Shown: positions 61,976-64,000 of the stretch, one piece after another
Position numbering within the stretch: the first letter of the stretch is position 1
Layout: every line of letters begins with the position of its first letter
Source of the DNA: Azolla caroliniana
Lineage: Eukaryota > Plantae > Polypodiophyta
Direction of reading: 5' to 3'
Assembly (NCBI GenBank): GCA_043228905.1
Contig: JBHGNT010000004.1
Span: forward strand, 15,252,001-15,316,000
Length of the DNA: 64,000 bases
Position numbers and translations under genes: made by a program
The notes under the pieces: generated by a model
The model's input: the letters and a program-made list of their open reading frames with translations, nothing else
The model's database searches: none
What the model was told of the DNA's origin: nothing

Positions 61976-64000
61976 TCAATCAGATTCCTCCACGTCTTCA
62001 TTCACATCCGTCGTACTATCTTCATCGAGGTGATCGAGGTCAGGATCCTCATCTTGTCTTTTCTTGAAAACCTTTACTCTTTTTCCTGCAATGGGTATGG
62101 CCAACCTTGATCCATCTAGCTCTACAAGGTGGTATGTGGCATTGTCGTTGGCACTTATCACCACATACGGTCTGAACCATCTTCTTGCAAAATTTCTTGT
62201 AGTACTGTGTTGATTGTCAAGGCTATTGTCGTAGACCAATACCCAATCTCCTTCTTCAATCCTCTTGGGACGCAATCGATGCGTCTTGTCAAACCGAATT
62301 TTGTTCTTCACTCGGGCTGCCTCCATCATTTTTCGCGCATGTTCTAGATCTCAGGTCTTCTTTCAAGTTGCCTTATCCGTGCCGCTAATAATTCTTCTCA
62401 GCTCATCTCGTTCTCCCATGGTATCGCTACCCATGAGGTGATCGTCCTTTCGATGGGCATCACCGGCTTTTGTCCATACATAAGCTCCGTTGGCATATAC
62501 CCTATCACCGAGTTGTGTGTCGTTCTGTCGGCCCACAAGGCGTAGGGCAAAAGTCGTGGACAATTCCCGACTCAACCATTGCATGCTTGTACGATGACTT
62601 TGACGATGGGTCCATGCCCTCGCTCGATCTTCCCATTTGCTTCTAGATTGTAGGCAGTTGTGAGGGAGAGCTTCATGCCTAGTCGTTCGAAAAGCTCCGT
62701 TGCTTCGTGTGCATCCAACTCCCCTCGGTCGGCTACTATCTTCCCCACACATCCGTATCGGTAGACAACCTCTTCAAGTAGAAATTTGCAAACAACTGAC
62801 GTCGTCATATTTGTCAAGGCCCGCTCTTCCACTTGATTTGTCAAGTCTTCTCTTGTCAGCACTAAGTACTTCATTTGTCCCACTCCCATTCGCATCGAGA
62901 CCAAATCAACTATCCATTTGAAGTGTATGGTGAGCGGGTATGTCAGTCATAGCTCATCACGATGACGTATATTGGAATGTACTTGGCAAGTTTCGCATGT
63001 GGACACGAAATGGAGTACATCTTTGTACATGCTTGGCCACCAGTACTTTTCCTTCAACTTTTCGAATGTCGCCCATGTTCCTCTATGACCTGCCCAAGCA
63101 CTCTCGTGGAATTCGGTCATCAACGTCACTTGCTCTTCTTTCTTCACCACCACTCAACGTGGTATTCCTGTCCTTCTTTTTGGGTGTCGCCAAAGGAAAC
63201 CTCCCTTCAAGAAGTATTGGCAGGCTTTCTTTCGGATTCATAGGGCCTCCTCCTTTGTCAACGAAGCATCCGTCGTCATTGTTCTTAGGAATCTGCCGAT
63301 AAGTAACCACTCCCCTTCGTACTCGTCCTCGTTGAAGGCGTGGAGGGTTAGCGTGCCCGTGTCTTCTGCCGATAGTGGAGCCATCTTGAAGAAGTCGAGG
63401 GTGACGTCTTAATCTTCCGAAACCATGTCACCTTCATTCTCAAATCTTGCCCTCGACAGCATGTCAGCCATGGCGTTCTTCTTCCCTGCAATATGGCGGA
63501 TCTCTGGGTTTAAAGACTTGATATAGGCGATCCACCTTAGCATAGCTAGATCTGGTGTTGCACATCCCGAGATCATTCCGAGGATTGGGAGACAATCTGT
63601 ATCTATTATCACTTCCATCCCGATCAGGTAATCTTTGTCTGTCTTCACTACCGACACAATACCCCAAAGTTCCCGCTTGACTTGGGCGTATCTTTATTGC
63701 CGTTCGCTAGGAACCTTTGCTCCGAACCGGATGGCATATTGCGCATTATCTTCTCCTTCTTGGTTGATGACCACCCAATTCCGGTTGGGCTCGTATCTAC
63801 AGTCACATAAATCGGCTTCCTTTCGGTATAGTTGGCCTTTCCTAGTGTTGGAGCTTCAAGAAGTAGTTTCTTCAATCTTCGCATTGCGTTTGTATGCTCA
63901 CTTCGCCATTCGAACTTCTTTCTTTTCTTTAGTAGTCCATATAACGGTTCGACGACATGAGCGTAGTGAGGAATCCAGATATGATAAAACGTGCATGCTC
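61976..64000 (-). pseudogene. pol: Element J pol (RH-INT), disrupted
   Basis: DTSPTGIG, DTDC, HESAWAGHRG...CETCQ, YNLEANGKIER, WFRPY. Confidence 0.9.

Larger units (their letters stand above)
60946..64000 (-). mobile_element. Element J: Phygy/Selgy-like gypsy (3' LTR 60946-61903, INT, RH); continues beyond the window
   Basis: LTR starts TGTCATGAAG on the minus strand, PPT GGTAGGGGTGGA, pol fragments homologous to A. Confidence 0.9.

Overview
Eukaryotic (land-plant) genomic DNA. The mix of element lineages suggests a non-seed plant, but that is inference. About 85-90% of the window is nested, mostly decayed retrotransposons around one intact two-exon host gene encoding a secreted SOUL/heme-binding-family protein (44489-45853). 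I labelled the elements A-M. A, E, G and J are non-chromovirus Ty3/gypsy elements (Phygy/Selgy-like), and B and C are their Gag-only non-autonomous relatives; B, C and E show tRNA-Trp priming sites and B and C show 4-bp TSDs. D is a gypsy gag fragment. F, H and I are three related copia elements, and M is a Tnt1/Tork-like copia. K is a self-priming Tcn1/Tf1-like gypsy. L is a gag-pol-less Tat-like element carrying only a long antisense coiled-coil ORF. There is also a 5'-truncated L1 with a 17-bp TSD and a hAT-like MITE. The most interesting signals are cis features shared across otherwise divergent elements: (1) tRNA-like Pol III A/B-box cassettes inside LTRs; (2) a covarying hairpin with a palindromic loop just upstream of the PPT in five elements; (3) a -1 slippery site plus pseudoknot between protease and RT; (4) target sites with a central CpG. 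All coordinates and alignments were made by eye and no database searches were run, so lineage names and novelty are provisional.
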